Positions 34,222 through 48,400 of a stretch of 64,000 nt of DNA are shown piece by piece. The stretch covers positions 174,344,001 to 174,408,000 of the forward strand of contig OZ038378.1 of NCBI GenBank assembly GCA_964036045.1, read 5' to 3'. Position 1 is the stretch's first letter; every line of letters starts with the position of its first letter. The position numbers and the translations under genes were made by a program. The notes under the pieces were generated by a model that ran no database searches, was not told the origin of the DNA, and saw only the letters and a program-made list of their open reading frames with translations. The stretch comes from Eutreptiella sp. 'Long Island Sound 2002' (lineage: Eukaryota; Protista; Euglenida).

Positions 34222-37200
34222 CCTCACCACGATCTGGAAGTGGGAGGTGGATGCCCTGCGGGAGCAGGTCTGCGTGGCCACAGTGGCGCTGCCGCCGGCG
34301 CTAGTGGCGGCAGAGGCCGACAGTGAGTCGGACCAAGCCAGCCAACACAGCGACTCCGCGGAGGAGTCGGAGCTGCATCTGCAGCTGCATGCGCAAGGCC
34401 CAGGGCTGGCGGCCTTGGGAGCGTCAGGCTATGCCGACGACACACAGGCAGTGGCGCCAGGGACGGCAGCCCTCCAGCGGACCGCCCCCACGACGGAGGC
34501 GTGGCTCACCTTGACGGGGCAGGATGTCCGCGTGGACAAGTCCTGCTCCTGGTCGCAGGGGGAGGGGGGGACGCAGGCAGTGCTTTTGCGCGGCCTCCCC
34601 ATACCGGCAGCAGACTGTTTCCGCCAGCTGGGGGTGGACTTCGCCGTGGGCGGCGCCCGCAGCACGGGGCCGGTGCTCCCACGACGCTTGGAAGCCGGCC
34701 GCAGCGTGCTGCGGCGCCTCCCGCATCTACCCACTTTTCAGCGGCGGGTGCAGGCGGTCAGCACCCTCGTGACGCCGCTGTCGGTACATGGGCTGGCCGT
34801 CGCCCCAGTGACGGACCAGGACCTGAAGGGCCTAGAGACCATGGTCCTGCGGGCGGTATGGGGGGCGACCAGGCTCTCCCGCGCCAAGGAAGTGGTCTTC
34901 GTGGTCCTGACGCAGGGCCACCGCATCTCCCCGGTGATGCACACCCGCTACGAGCGGGTGCTATGGATGACCCGGATTGCGCGCACCCCGGGACCCGTGC
35001 AAGTCCTGGTGCAGGTCATCTGGGAGAGCGGCCTCCGACCCCCGACGACAGGGCCCTTCGGGCGCGCCCTGCACGTGGTCTGCCTGCTGGGCTGGCAACC
35101 ACTGGAGGGCTGGTGGTCATGGGTAGTGCCGGGCCAGACAGAGCCGCTGCACCTGGTGCAAGAGCCCATGCGGCAAATCCCGCACAGGGTGCGGGACAGT
35201 CTGCGCTGTCATGCCATGCGCGGGCTGGAGGCCCGCCGCCCGGCGACCTATGGCGGGCTGGGGGACGGGGTAGATGGGGAGGCCTGTCGCGCGGCACTCC
35301 GGGTAGCATCCACAGAGCTGGAGGCCGCCCTCCTGCGGGGCTTGTTGGCGGGGGCGCTGTGGACGGCGGCCCGCGTGCGCGGGCACAACATGCGGGCCAC
35401 GTCCAGCTGCCCCGGCTGCGGCTCACAGCACGAGGATGAGGCGCATGTACTCTGGGACTGCCCGTCGTGGGAGACGGCCAGAGCAGGGTGGCACGCATGG
35501 GTCTTGCAGGCGGCGGAGCACCTGCAGCTGGGCCCACCGACGGGCTGGCCGGCATGCCTGCGGCGCGCGGGCCTGCTACCCTTGGCACTGTTCGCGGGGG
35601 CGGACCGCCGGTAGGTGGACGAGTTCCTGTAAAGGCTGTACGGGATGTACCTCGCGGTGCTCGCGGCCAGATACGCCCACACCCGCTCGGGAGAGCAGGG
35701 GCAGGGCGAGGCCCTCTTCCCGCGGCGCCCGGCGCCGGGCGGCAAGGGGGGATACCCATGGCAGGACCTGAGCAGTCCCCTGCCGCAGCTGCCGGCGCCA
35801 CCGGCAATGCGACTCCGCCCAGGCGTCCCGCCGGGGTGGCCGTGGGAGCCGGCGTTCGCTCAGGACCTGGTCCGCTGGGCAGCGGCCCTCTGATGGCAGG
35901 ACGGCCCAGGGGACGTCACCTGGGCAGAGCTGGCCCTGGACTGCGAGGCGTTCCTGGGCCGGGCCCTGCCGGCGTCCCCCCACCATCAGTTGCGGGGGAT
36001 GCGCCACCCGCTCGGCGCGCGCGCAAGTCCTGCGGCAGGCCGCGCGGCTGTTACAGCGCCACGTGGCGGCAGGGCGCTTCCTGCAGGGGGCTCCCAGTGA
36101 CCGCTGCAGGGCAAACGTTCCGCTCGGGGGCCGCCTGTGTGCGGGGCTGCGGGCGCGGCCGTTCTTCGCGGCTAGGGCGGACATGGCACTGCAGCTGCAA
36201 GGTCTGGCCCTGCATCTGCAGGAAGCGTGGCTGCACCGCCTGCGCACGCCAGCCCGCATCCGGCCGGGGGGGGCGACACGCTTCCTCATGACCTATTTCC
36301 CCCGCCCCCCGGGAGGGGGGCCAGCACTGCTCCCCTACGCTCGCCGGCCGCGGCGGGAGCACGTCCCAGGGGTCGCCCGGGTGGAAGAGCAGCGCCCGCG
36401 GCGGTAGGGCGAGGGCAGAGGGTCGGTGGGGGCCCGGTGCGCGCAACATGGCTCGCCCTCGTGCCGCCGCTGCCTGCAGCTGGGCTGGGGTATCAGCCGG
36501 TGCTGTAGCGCGGGGCACGAGGGACACACGGCGCCGGGACAGGCGCCCCCCCAGCAACGGCGGGCACCAGGCCGGCAGGTGCTGGCACCGGCGGCCCGCC
36601 AGGCGGGGGCAAGCGCGCTCTCAGCATGGCTGGGGCGGGCTAGACCGGCATCCGCAGCGCTGCCGGCGCCAGAGAGGCCCTCGCAGCGCGCCCGGAGGCT
36701 GGAACCGCGGCGGCTGGCCCGGCAGGCGCCCTCGCCCGACCGCGACGTGGTGCCCGCGTCCCGACGTGCGCGCAGATCGAGCCCGCCGCGCCCGGCAGCG
36801 ACAGATGACCCCCCCCCCCCCTTCCCCACAAGGGACAGCCGCACTGGGGCTGCAGGATGTTTTCTGCAGCATTTCGGCCGCCCTGCTGGCACAGGGGGGC
36901 AGGCGGCCCCGCCCCTATTGCGGTCCCGAACCCCCCCCCCTCCCCACAGGGCAGACAGGGCAGGCAGGTCAGGCAGGGCCGGGTGCAGGGGCACAGGGAA
37001 CAGCGAACAGTGCACAGCACCAGGGTGCACCACCAGCACAGTGTGCAGCGCACAGCGCACAGCACCACGACAGTGCACATGCACTGCCAGCACAGAGCAC
37101 GGCACACAATACGCCACAGGATGCAGCACACAGTGCACCACAGGGTGCAGCACACAGTGCACCACAGGGTGCAGCACACACTGCACCACAGGATGCAGCA

Positions 37201-37791
37201 CACAGTGCACCACAGGATGCAGCACACAGCGCAGCACACAGTGCGGCACACAGCACAGCACACAGTGCAGCACACAACACAGCGGATGCAGCACACAGTG
37301 CACCACAGGATGCAACACACAACACAGCACACAGTGCAAGCGCAGCACACAGTACAGCACACGGCGCAGCACACAGTGCAGCGCACAGCGCAGCACACAG
37401 TGCAGCACACAGCACAGCACACAGTGCAGCACACAGTGCAGCACGCGCGGCACGCCGGGCGCAGGGCCCAGGACGACCGGGGCCCCTGCGCCAGGCCACA
37501 CTGTTTTCCATGGGGCTGCCAGTGCGGCAGCCCCTTTCGACGCATCGCCCCCCTGGGGCGCCCGACGCCGTAGCGCCGGCGTCCCCTGGGGGAGTATCCA
37601 TGCCTAACCTGGCGCACGGGAGGGCGAGCTCGGAAGAGACATAGTCTTGACCGACTCGTCCCTCTGTTCCGCCGTGCACCAGAGGCGGGGGGCAATTAGC
37701 CCGGGGGGAAGGCGCAGAACTCCGAGATCGGCCCTTTCCCCCTAGCCCCTCGACCTCTGTACATAGGCTCATGGACAGTAAAAGCGCATTA
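34222..37791 (+). mobile_element. LINE B: 5'-truncated, diverged relative of LINE A
   Basis: Begins inside RT (LTTIWKWEVD, GYADDTQAV, FRQLGVD). Knuckle CPGCGSQHEDEAHVLWDC; same C-terminal motifs as LINE A; shared 3' end cctctgtacat(g/a)ggc..taaaag. Flanking duplication 34136-34221 / 37792-37873. Confidence 0.92.
36975..37445 (+). repeat. Degenerate gcagcacacagt/gcaccacagg (12/24-nt) repeat expansion inside LINE B
   Basis: Visible tandem units, absent from the homologous part of LINE A. They generate several long low-complexity ORFs. Confidence 0.9.
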
Positions 37792-40700
37792 CCATATTAC
37801 CGTGTTTTTCACCCTATTTGGGTACTGGGTGCCGGGGGGGGGGGGGGCAAACGGGATTGGTACACAACTTGCTTATGCAGTTTTTCACCCTAGGCAGCTT
37901 AAAAATCGAAGTTTTCGAAACTTTTTTTTTGATATTGTGATCACCTAAAATGACCATGCAAGATACGTAAAGCATGTTTTAGCCAGTATTTACGTAGTGT
38001 TTACCCTATTTTGTGTGTGCATTGCTTGGGGTAGATTCTCTGCGAGGTGGACTTGCCGAAGGCCATAGAATTGTGAAAAGAGCACTCCACGCTCGGTATG
38101 ACAGAGGTGAAGCATTGGGATAGATCGCCGGAACATTGTTTAGATGCCGGGCGTGCTGGGCAAACATTCTCTCACTGTAATAGCCCAAGTCTCGGATCAA
38201 GGAAGCAACACCTACGTGTCATATCCGCAACCACAGTGAGCTCTAGGACAATCTTAGCACTGCACTGCTTTGATTCTTAGCTTTCTCAAGTATTGTCTAC
38301 TAAGAGAGTTTTCCTAGCTCACCTAGGTCCCAGGCAAAAGAAAACTGTCCAATCAAGGGAGCAACACAAAGAAGGGATCGAGCTTTTTTGACTAGTGGCC
38401 GGTTTGCTACCCACATAATAGACGTGGCTGTCAATGAGTAATCGTTCTTTGATGCTATAGTTGACGTAGTGAAGAAAATAAAAGGCAAAACAATGTGTTG
38501 GCACATTACATACTCTATGGCTTGGTTTTGCGAGAACAAAGTGGTTATGCACATGTATGCTACCAAATCATAGGGAACACCGTCCACACAGTGCAAAGTT
38601 TTGCGTGTTGGAAAACCACACCAACCCTATCTTTAATTGATTTGTACAAGTTATTGTGGATTTCAAGGTGTATAATGCATACTTTTGGTAAATTGTATTA
38701 TGTTGTTGAAATTTGTCTGAAGCGGAGTATAGAAACATTGTCACGTCACAGTTGAGGGCCTTTGGAGGTGCAGTTTTCGCGTGGTGCAAATACAAGGGAA
38801 CCTCTAAGATCAATGCACTCCAAAGTCAAAACCAAGTCTGCAAAGAGTCACGCCATCAGTGAAATAGAGAAAATGCTTTTCGACAAGCTGATGCATGTAT
38901 ATAAACATTGAAGATCAAATTAGTCATCATCTACAGGGACCAAGATGAAACACGGAGACCGGTGAAATATGGTAAAAGGTTTCCTCACTGCGCAAGGCCT
39001 CACAAAACGAGGCACAACCGAAAAATATTGAAAACACAATAACACAAAAAGCGACCGGGGTTAATGGCTACATCACATGAATCTTTCGTTTAATATTATT
39101 GCATTTTTGCTTGCATCTCCTACTAGGATCCCTGCGCGGCTTAAATTGGATCTCTTACAGTGGCAGTATAGCGCATTACAACTACAATCAAGAGATGTCT
39201 AGTTGTCACGTCTCCACTTTGCGCCGCCAACCCAATAATATGGAAGCAATGTTTTCATGTAGGAACACAGACGTGAAAACGGAAATGGCTGCTGGTGCGA
39301 CAAGCGGTTATGCTAGAGGTTGAAGTCCACGCGGCACAAGATAGCGGCGCATGCAGACAGAAATCACCGAAATAGTAAAAGCATTATAGTTGTGAAAATG
39401 CATTTGTGAAGAGAAAGTGCAAGTTTTTTTATTTTTGCTCTTTGTCGTAGATTTCGCGGTAGAATGACACAACGATGCCGTTGCAGAAAATCAAAGCCCT
39501 AGGGGAGCTGCATGGAACAATGCATGCAGAGACATGGAATTTGTACATAATGATGCGCCAAAGAACTACATTGCAAGCACCAAAATCTGAAAAGCATCAA
39601 TGGAAACGGTCTCGGGTGCAACGAAAACGGAAAGTGAGGCTCAGACATGGTGGAGCAGCCGCCACACCCATTGCACAATAGGCAGCTCAAATAACCGGTG
39701 AGCCTAGCAACCATTGCAACGAAACGACCCTATAAGGGACACTTACCAAGGGTAGACAACTTGTTTTACCTAAAGAACATCACTCACACAGCGAGAAGCC
39801 CCAAAATGCAACCACTATGGCTATCATTCAACTGAAACGAAGAGCCATGTAATGGCATCGAAAACCGGCTATTGCCAACCTTGCGGAACATGGGTGGGTA
39901 TCTTCGCCATGTACCGTTGGTACATGGCGTATGGTGTGCTTACCAAATTTGTATTACAAACGCGTTTCGAGTGTTGTAGCCGCCAGTCATGTTCCTACGT
40001 AAAGGGCTTTTGCGACCGAGAACAACCATCTTGTCCTACTCCAAACTGCTTGCAATGGAAAAGAACATGATCGCTATCTTGTTATCCGCTCTCAAAGTGT
40101 TGCAATCCTTCCGGAGAATGGCAGAGGCCGCGCATGTAATCAAGCACCGTGTCAATGCCCGTGCAAACAGGGCAACCATAGCCACAACAATGCTACATAT
40201 GCTATTTGAGTGGTGCCCGGGCCAATCTTGGAAAGTCGGAGATAGAATCTGAGACCCCGTTCATTGATGAAGGTGCCCATAGGAAGGAAAAAGGGGAATG
40301 GAACTTGGATCCCAAACGGTGCATAGCGGTGGCTATCAGCCAGCCAAATTTTACGCAAAATGCTACAAACAGGCCAAAAATCGCGATTTCAGATGCCCAC
40401 TATCAAGCCCCACTAGTGAGGACCTGGCTCTTCGCAGATTGCCATGGGTTGGATGAAAAATGGTGAGTTCAAATTAAATTACTTTGACACCCGGAGACCC
40501 TGGCGCCATTTTCAAGTCATCATTCAGTAACAAAAAGGAAATGTATAAACTCATGTAGAGCCGAATAGATGATGCTTTGTGACATGCTTATTGGCCCCCA
40601 AAAGTGGCTTTTCGGGCATGTTTTGCACTACGGTGGAGGAAATTTTGACGGCCATAGCCAGTGCCCTTAGCGAAATGCACATGCAACTCTTTGGGCATCT

Positions 40701-41649
40701 AGCCCGCTTGTTGGCCACTTCTGAATTTCTTCCCCACTCCGAAGCATTAGGGAACCCAGACGGCAGGTTTTTTTTTAATACCAAATCAGTCTGAGACTGT
40801 TTTATCATACAACACTAGTAGCGGATGCACTGTTCTATCTCTCCACTCTACACCAAGACGGCAGGGTTTATGTAGATGGCAAGGGTTATGAAGCCAATCT
40901 GCCCGCTGGTGGGTCATTTCTTATTTTGGTCCCCATTCGGACGCGTTGGGGACCTCATGGCTGGTAGGCCCGCGTATCCCGGCCCATTGGCCCTCGAATG
41001 CCCCAAATGGTTGTTGTTTAGTGGCACCCAAAAAAATCCCAAATGTTCTTTTTTCCAGGTACCTAAGGTTTGGAACCTGCTATTTTTGAAAATAACCGGG
41101 TTTTAACAATTATTTTTACAAACAAACAACCGGTTTTGCCGATTAATGGTTTTTTTTAAATAGCCGGTTTTCCCGATGAATTACCTTTCACCAACCAAAT
41201 TTTTGCGATTGTTCAAAAGAGAGCCCATACAAGTCGGAGCGCAGTGGTCAAAACTACCTCGGAAGTTGTATTTCACCACCACCATCGTTTGTTTTCACCA
41301 AAGCCTCGTTTTGGTGCAAAAATTGGACACAATGTATTGCTGAAAAGAACCCCAAAAATTGCAACCCTTCCGATTAATTGGTTTAAATTAGCTTTCAAAA
41401 TAACCGGCCGTGCCGATTGTTTTGAAAATAAACTCGCCGAAAACCGAATTTTCCGATGAATTGGTAAAGCCGGTCCCGAACCCTACGAGCACCCACCTCG
41501 TGGCCCGTAGGCCCATGAAGCCTGGCCCATGGGACCCCCGAAAATCCTGCAGTTGTTGTTGTTTTAGGCATTTAGTGGACATAAAAAGCCTTGAAATTTC
41601 AATTTTTTTCCCACAACCCTTCTATCTCCTTTGAGATGGGTTTGTGAGA

Positions 41650-42260
41650 TCATGTGGTGACAACGAGGGTATTTCAGCACCCATGGCCACCCACATGGTG
41701 GTTGCTAGGCCCACTAGCTTTAACCATGCCCTCCAAAAAAGCTTCAAACTTGCCGTTGTTTAGGCGGTTTACTGGCACCTGAAAGTTTTTGATAATATGA
41801 TTGATTTCCAACATCCTAGTTGTACCCAGTCTTCGTCGTTGTTTTATTGGAACCTTGAGGTTCTGTTCCACCACAAGTTCTCGTCTTCTTCACATAGAGG
41901 GTTAGACGTGTGGGTGTAGGGCATGCATGTGGATACTTGGACATTGGGATTGTTCAGTACCCTTTGCACCACCCGTTATCAGTCTGGAGGCGTATGTTCA
42001 TCCTCATCCGCATGGATTTCTTTGGGTGACTCGTAGGGTTCGAACCATTGGTCGACCAACATTTTCACCACTTGTAGAACATGCGGAGAAAATGGGCCGA
42101 TAATATGTGCCAAAAGATGAAAATAGGTGACATTTGGTGAAATTGGGCGAAAATTCAAATCCACCATATTTGAATGCAAAAGAAGTTCCAAACACTTATT
42201 GTCAAACAACAATAATGTTCCTAGTATTACCAAGTATGGGTTTCCGATGCGGCAGATTGG
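41650..42260 (-). pseudogene. Decayed retroviral-type (rve, DDE) integrase core, probably from an LTR retrotransposon
   Basis: Across shifted frames: LVDQWFEPYESPKEIHADED, TDNGW, VLNNPNVQVSTCMPYTHTSNPLCE, VVEQNL. This resembles the P-x-x-I-x-x-D...PY-x-x-x-x-N-x-x-x-E integrase pattern. Confidence 0.6.
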
Positions 42261-42960
42261 CCACATAAGCCCTCCTGTTTGTGGGTGTCCTTGACACTTT
42301 GTAGCGGAGGAGACAGTCAAAAATGGCCCACAAATGGCTAAAAATGATAAATAAAATGGAGCCGCAAGAAATTGGCCAAATGGCCAATAATAATAAAAAT
42401 GCAGCCGCCCAAAAATGGCCGAGACGGCCGAAAAGAAAAGAAATGCACCTGCCCGCAAAAGGCCAAAATAGCACAAAGAAATAAAAATGCAGCCACCTGA
42501 AAATGGCCAAAACGGCTGAAGGTGCAAAAAAAAAAAAATGTAGCCACTCTAAAACGGCAGAACACAATAAAAATGCAACCGCCCGAATATGGCCAAAATG
42601 GCCGAAAAAAGAAAATAAAAATGCGGCCGCCCGAAAATGTCCTGCTGACCAAAAGGTCCCCAGCGCTTCACATTGGGGCACAAAGTCAGCAGTGGCCCAT
42701 AAGTGGGCAGATTGGCTACATAACCCCTGCCGTTTGGGGGGGGGGGGGGGTCCCCAACACTTCACAGCGGGGAAGACAGTCAGAAGTGGCCCACAAGTGG
42801 GCCTGGTAGTTACATAACCCCTGCCGTCTAGGGCGTCCCCAACTCTTCAGAGCGGGGGAGAAAATCAGCGGTGGCCCACAGTTGGGCAGATTGGCTATAT
42901 AACCCCTGCCGTCTGGGGTCCCCAATGCTTCAGAGCAGGTTCAAAATCAGCAGTGACCCA
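42245..42960. repeat. Two adjacent degenerate minisatellites (~37-bp aaaatggccgaaa...aaaatgcagccgccc units; ~100-bp-scale gtggcccacaagtgggcagattggctacataacccctgccgt units)
   Basis: Repeated motifs visible at 42320-42640 and at 42245-42330 / 42685-42960. Confidence 0.8.
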
Positions 42961-45271
42961 CAACGCTTTGTACCAAGTAATTTACTTTACTTCACTGAAA
43001 AAAAAAGATTTTCCACTAGGCAGTTTACTCAGTAGAAAAAATTCCGTACTACATAAATTACTTCGTAAAAATTTTAGTAACAAGTTGTTTTGTTACTAAG
43101 TTTTGAAACCTAGGGGGGAAATTTTTCAAAAAAATCTACTAAGTTTTGCCACAGACCCCTCTGTATAGTGTTGTATGGTTTCCTGTAGCATTCATGTGTG
43201 CATTTCCTTGAGCTCCTGCAAGTGGTGTCTCCTGTGTGCATCTCAATGCACACAGATTTTTACTGAAGAAGTGGGGTAAAAAGCTCAGACAAGAGGGAAG
43301 GTTGGGTGGCCAGTAGATGGACCTCCTCTGCAGCACTGGCAGGGTGTTCATTAAGTTGGAAAAACTGTATCAGCCCCCAGCGCTTTAATTCCAAACCACT
43401 GGCTCCACTGGTGCTTTAACACCAGCCACTGTCGGCTAACTGCCAAGCGCCGTGAGTCGACCACTGACTGATGTGTGACCGCCAGCTGGGCATCAGCAAC
43501 CTCAACTCATCGGAAACACAATCAGCTAATTGTCAAATGCCACTCGCTACTTGCCATGGGGGCGTTCTTTAAGGGGTGTTTCAGCAGGAAGCAAAAGAAA
43601 CCGACTCCTAACAGAACCTGCTGGGCACTGGGCACATAGCACAGGGACAAGAATGGATACTGTCCTTCAGGACATAATTTAACACCACAGTAAGTGTTAG
43701 TTTGGGGTGTATCTGTGTCGCTACTAAACCGCTGCATCAGCACACTGTGCACTGTCTGTTGCATGCCACAGGGCACGCCAAGTGGGATACCAGGACAAAT
43801 GGCTCCATTGCCCTCGAAACCCATCCCTCTTGCCCAGAAAAATGAACACAGATGAGGGAGGGGCGAATTGAAAGCGCTGCTGTGCAGCAGTACATGTAAA
43901 TCGGTGAAGCACCAACGGTACTGGTACCACTACTGGTACCAATGAAATTGTCTGCCCAGTCCCCCGGTTCCCAAACCATGGGGGTAGGGCAGAACCCTCA
44001 CGAAGCAACGGGCTGGTGATGAAAGCTCCCAGGTCCGACACAAAAATGGGATGTATGTGGACCGCATCTTGAGGATGGCACCAGCCTTTTGCTTAGAGGT
44101 GGCACGGTTGTGGTTCTATCCAGTGCCACGCACCCTTGTTGTTGTTGTTGCGGGGTGCATGGTGCTAGGGTTGCTTCCCTCTTGCAGATCAACACAGGAC
44201 AAATGGCACAGACTCACTGGAGTGCAAATCGCGATTGTGAAATTTTGAAGGGTCAAATTCAGGTGATAGAAAGCAGCTCAGCTCAGAGTCCTCAGCCCCC
44301 GTGTCCATTTAAAATCAATGATGCATTGACAGCTGATGTCAGCAAAATATGGTGCGATACAACACCACGGAATGGTGTGCAATGGGAACCAGACTACTGA
44401 CCACAAAAAGTTACAGCCAAGCTCCAGAGTTTTGCATACAGGGACATTAACATGGCTGGACATGGAGGTGAGGTAAACCAGTTGTATATCAGAGGATACC
44501 AGATGCCCTGAATTGGGGTTGGGCACAGTCCACAGCGCAAGCATAATTCGCAAGGATGATTCTTCTCGCTACGGACCGCAAACAAAAGAATAGGGCGGCG
44601 GCAGCAGTAGGCGAAGTATAAATACGGGTGACGGTCACTTGGCAAATTAGTCTGGGCACGGCATGAGCAGCACGTAAACACAGTCATGTGTGGCATGGAG
44701 ATGGCTGCAAAAGATGGAATGGAGACAGTTGGAACTCCACTCCAAAAGTGCCATTAAATGAGCTGAAAAATTGCATTGTTGGCACAATACAGGAAGGAAC
44801 ATTTGTTGGGAAAACTCTTCTAAACGGGCGACCACTGAAAATCACAACTAATGGGGTCTCAGCAACGTCTCAGCAATGGTGAATATTTTGAGACTTTGGG
44901 CATCACACGCAGAAATGAGAGAGAAGCTTGGCACCACACAAAAGAAGCTGAACAGGCCACTTTTTTGAGAAATTGTCAAAAGTATCATTGCTGACCAAAT
45001 CAGCACGCCTGTTAACCAACCAGCCATGCTATCACCAGACTGCAGTTACAAGAGTATGGGGGCTTCAGCACTCAGGCACCCACCGACCCACCCACCAACC
45101 GAATCTTGACCTAAAACTCGGCTTTGGGAAAAATCAATTTTGAAGCAGCACCCCCTCGTGGGACCCATCACCCAGACTCCTTGGCCCCTGAAAAGGTCTT
45201 GTAAGCGTAGCCTGACCATGCCCGATAAGGGAGGTCTAGGGGGCAAGAGATGTCATTAACCCCTCAACCCA

Positions 45272-45431
45272 CCCCTGCGCAAGCACTGCCTTGTCCAAGC
45301 ACGAGAGCGCGTCTGACCGTTGTTTTCCTGACCCCTCCTTCAGGTTTCCTCTTGTGGGCACTGCCTTGTCTAAGCATGGGACCCCGTCTGACCATCGTTT
45401 TCCTGACTTTCAGCATGCTTGTGCAAGGGGG
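45272..45431. mobile_element. Short MITE, same family as 61148-61474
   Basis: Ends cccctgcgcaagcac / atgcttgtgcaagggg; two internal copies of gcac(t/c)gccttgtc(c/t)aagca...gtctgacc(g/a)t. Confidence 0.65.
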
Positions 45432-48400
45432 CGGGAGGTTTACACTGGCTTTGTACCAGGGTCGTTGGGAATGGCTGTTGTGCATACCTTGGCCCAGCAA
45501 ATTGCAGCTTGTTGAGCGGTTGAGATCGGGCAGCAGAATTGAGTTTGTATACCCCCAGCACACAATTGACACAGCTGTCACCTCCCATTTACACCTCCCA
45601 TTCAGTGCCTGCACAATGCCCTCAGAAACCGCTGTGCAACCACAACCACCACACAACTCGTGCACCCATGCAGAGCCATGCTGGTTATCCAATCATCTCA
45701 GCTATCCACAACATAGGTGGAATCCTTGCACAGCGCACTCACTGCGCACTACTTTTGAAACCTAATTCCCCAAATCAGCCTCCAATACCCCCCTTCCAAA
45801 TGCTGCCCCGAACCAGCCTTTGAAGAACCTGGTTGTGCCTTTACTTTGAGAAGTCCACAAAGGCTTGAAAGAACAGGTTAGGAAGCATTGAAGAGGTGCC
45901 AACAGGTTTGTTGGCTTGCTGGGACTAAGCTCAGTATGGGATTAGCCTTGTTTGCCGGTGGGACTGTACATGGGGGAAGTGTTGGGGTAGTGTGCAAGTC
46001 GGGGGGGGGGCGATATATTTCTACCTTCTATGAGATGGCTTGTGCAGTGGCCATCAAACACCATGACACATGCATGAAGAGAGGAACACAGTGACGATTA
46101 AACACTACTCTGCAGATGGCAAGAAAAAAGGAAGAAAGAAAGAAATCCCGACAGCCAAGCACACCCTCCAGAGGATTTGTCTGTACTACAATCATGGATG
46201 TAGATGGGATGGGGTGTGGACTTGAACCTTGATGAATGAACACATGAGATTTTGCTCTGCTCAGCGGGAAAAGGGACAAACCTAAACTTGGGGCCATCAT
46301 CAAAGGGGGATAATCATGTGGATACTGAGTACAGTGCAGATGCCATACATTAGTACCACTCTACAAATGCCCCATCCAATCAGGTTGGTCAAGCTTGGTT
46401 ACCACCCCCTTGCAGTCCGTGTTGGGACACCACACAATCTGTATCACCCTGCGGAAGGTGCTCCCAATCAACTTGTCTGCCCCCCCGCTGTGTTCCCTTC
46501 CCGCTGAGCTTTTGGGACACATAATGGTGCCCCCTCCACCCTGGGGGACTTTGCCACTGTGGTGGGAGGTGGGGGTACAACACAACATTGTAACCATTCT
46601 TGACTGGTACTGGAAGAACGCATTACTATCTTGCCCCACAAGGGACACAAACTACATGTGCTAAATCTGCATTGGCAGACAAATAGTTGCAATGCACGCA
46701 CACAGCACTTCAACGGTGGCATTGGCAGGAGCAACAAAGGTCATGCGACTGCACGGCACCCCTTTATACACTGCGATTTGTCCGTCTATATGCACAAACA
46801 CAAACCCGCACACAGCACACTATCCATAATATCCCGAGCCAGACATGTAAAACAGGGAATACTGCAATAGAATAGCCATACCAGGCCTTTTGAAAGGAAC
46901 CACTGCCTCAGAATATTAGGACTGACGTACTGAGTCCTCCAAATTTGCTGGGTACAAATTTGCTGGGGAAGCCCAAGGTGCACACAAGCCAAAGGCCCGA
47001 ATTGCTGGTTTACAAAGAGATAGAGGTGGAGTTTAGGATGCACCCTGGAATTTTTCATGCCCATGCTCTGAGGGACCTGCAAGAAGAGACGACGTCTGTT
47101 CGCGAAAGGCACAAAATCACTCGACCAACCATGCGCACGCTGCATCATCCCGTCCTACAGCAACAGCGGGCAGGAGTCGGGCTGTTGTGTTCTCGACAGG
47201 CACAGGCCGCCCTTTTCCCCACGGAGGCCCAACCCTCGGCCCACCATGGCGACATGGAAAGCAGATGGGTTGGATGCTGCTGAATGCTGCATGGACTGGT
47301 AGCTATCCAGCCACTGGCATGTCGAGGTAAGCTCGCCTTGAGACCCCAAAATACAAACCTGCTTGATCAGCCACAGGTCACAAACAAAAATTGGCACAGC
47401 ATTGCGTGTCTTGATGTTGCTGCACATGCTTACCCTGTGCTAAGCAGAGCTCCACAGAGGAATTTGAAAGGGCAGTGTCATCAGGCGGGATGCAACAAAA
47501 TGGAGCACCTGTGGCAGACGGTGGGAGGGAGGGAGGGAGGGTGGCAGGGAGGGAGGGAGGGAGGGAGGGAGGGAGGTTGTGCAGGTTTCATCCGAGGAAA
47601 TCACATCTATTGCCTGTCTTTTGATCGCAGTGCGTTATACACTGTTTCCCCAGCCGTCTGCCCATGTTTCTGCCCCCTTTGTTGTCTGGGAGACTCTGCA
47701 GGGTGTATAACACACCAGGAGGCAGCTACAGGGGGCTCGCTGCTCATGTTCAGGAGGGCTGCCTCAGGACTAGGTAACCCGCCCACCCACCCAAGCTGAC
47801 CCACCCACCCAACCACCCAGACCCCCCCCCTACCCCCTAGTAAGGGGGGGGGGGTTCTCTCCTCCCGCATCCCATGTCCATTGCATACTGGAAAAAATCG
47901 AACGTCAGGCTGCACGCAGTACTTGATCCCAGATTGGCAGTGACGCAGATGGTCCAGTGGTATGCACCCTGGACTCTGGATAATTGGTCCATGGTTCAAT
48001 TCGTGGATGGGGAAATTTTTTACATCACAACTGTCACTTTCCCTGTCAACCATGATTATCCCTGCCGCATGGTGTCCAGTTTCTGTGAACCCAACCACCC
48101 ATCCACCCAGACCCTAACCCCCCCCCCCCGGGGGGGGAATAGGCACTTTGGGCCAAATTGCCCAAAACCAAACTCACCCACCCACCCACAGGCCACTGAC
48201 CCCCCCCCCCCCCCAGTGGGGTGGGACCACCCTTAAGCAAAAGTCTCTCCCCGTTGCGACGCTGCCTGGAGGCGACGGTAAGGGGACGGTAGGACGCAGG
48301 TCTCTAGCCCGCCCATAACGGGCGCCGTAGGGGGGCGCCAACCTTTGAGGGTCCAGGACGCGATCTGAGAAGGAGAGGGCTGAGAACGTTACGGAGTGGC

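Noticed and set aside
38300-40560. KDZ/CxC-type transposase remnant (GIFAMYRW, CHGLDEKW); similar hints at 10900-11200 and 54000-56800
   Set aside because: Only short suggestive peptides, with no coherent catalytic motif set readable.
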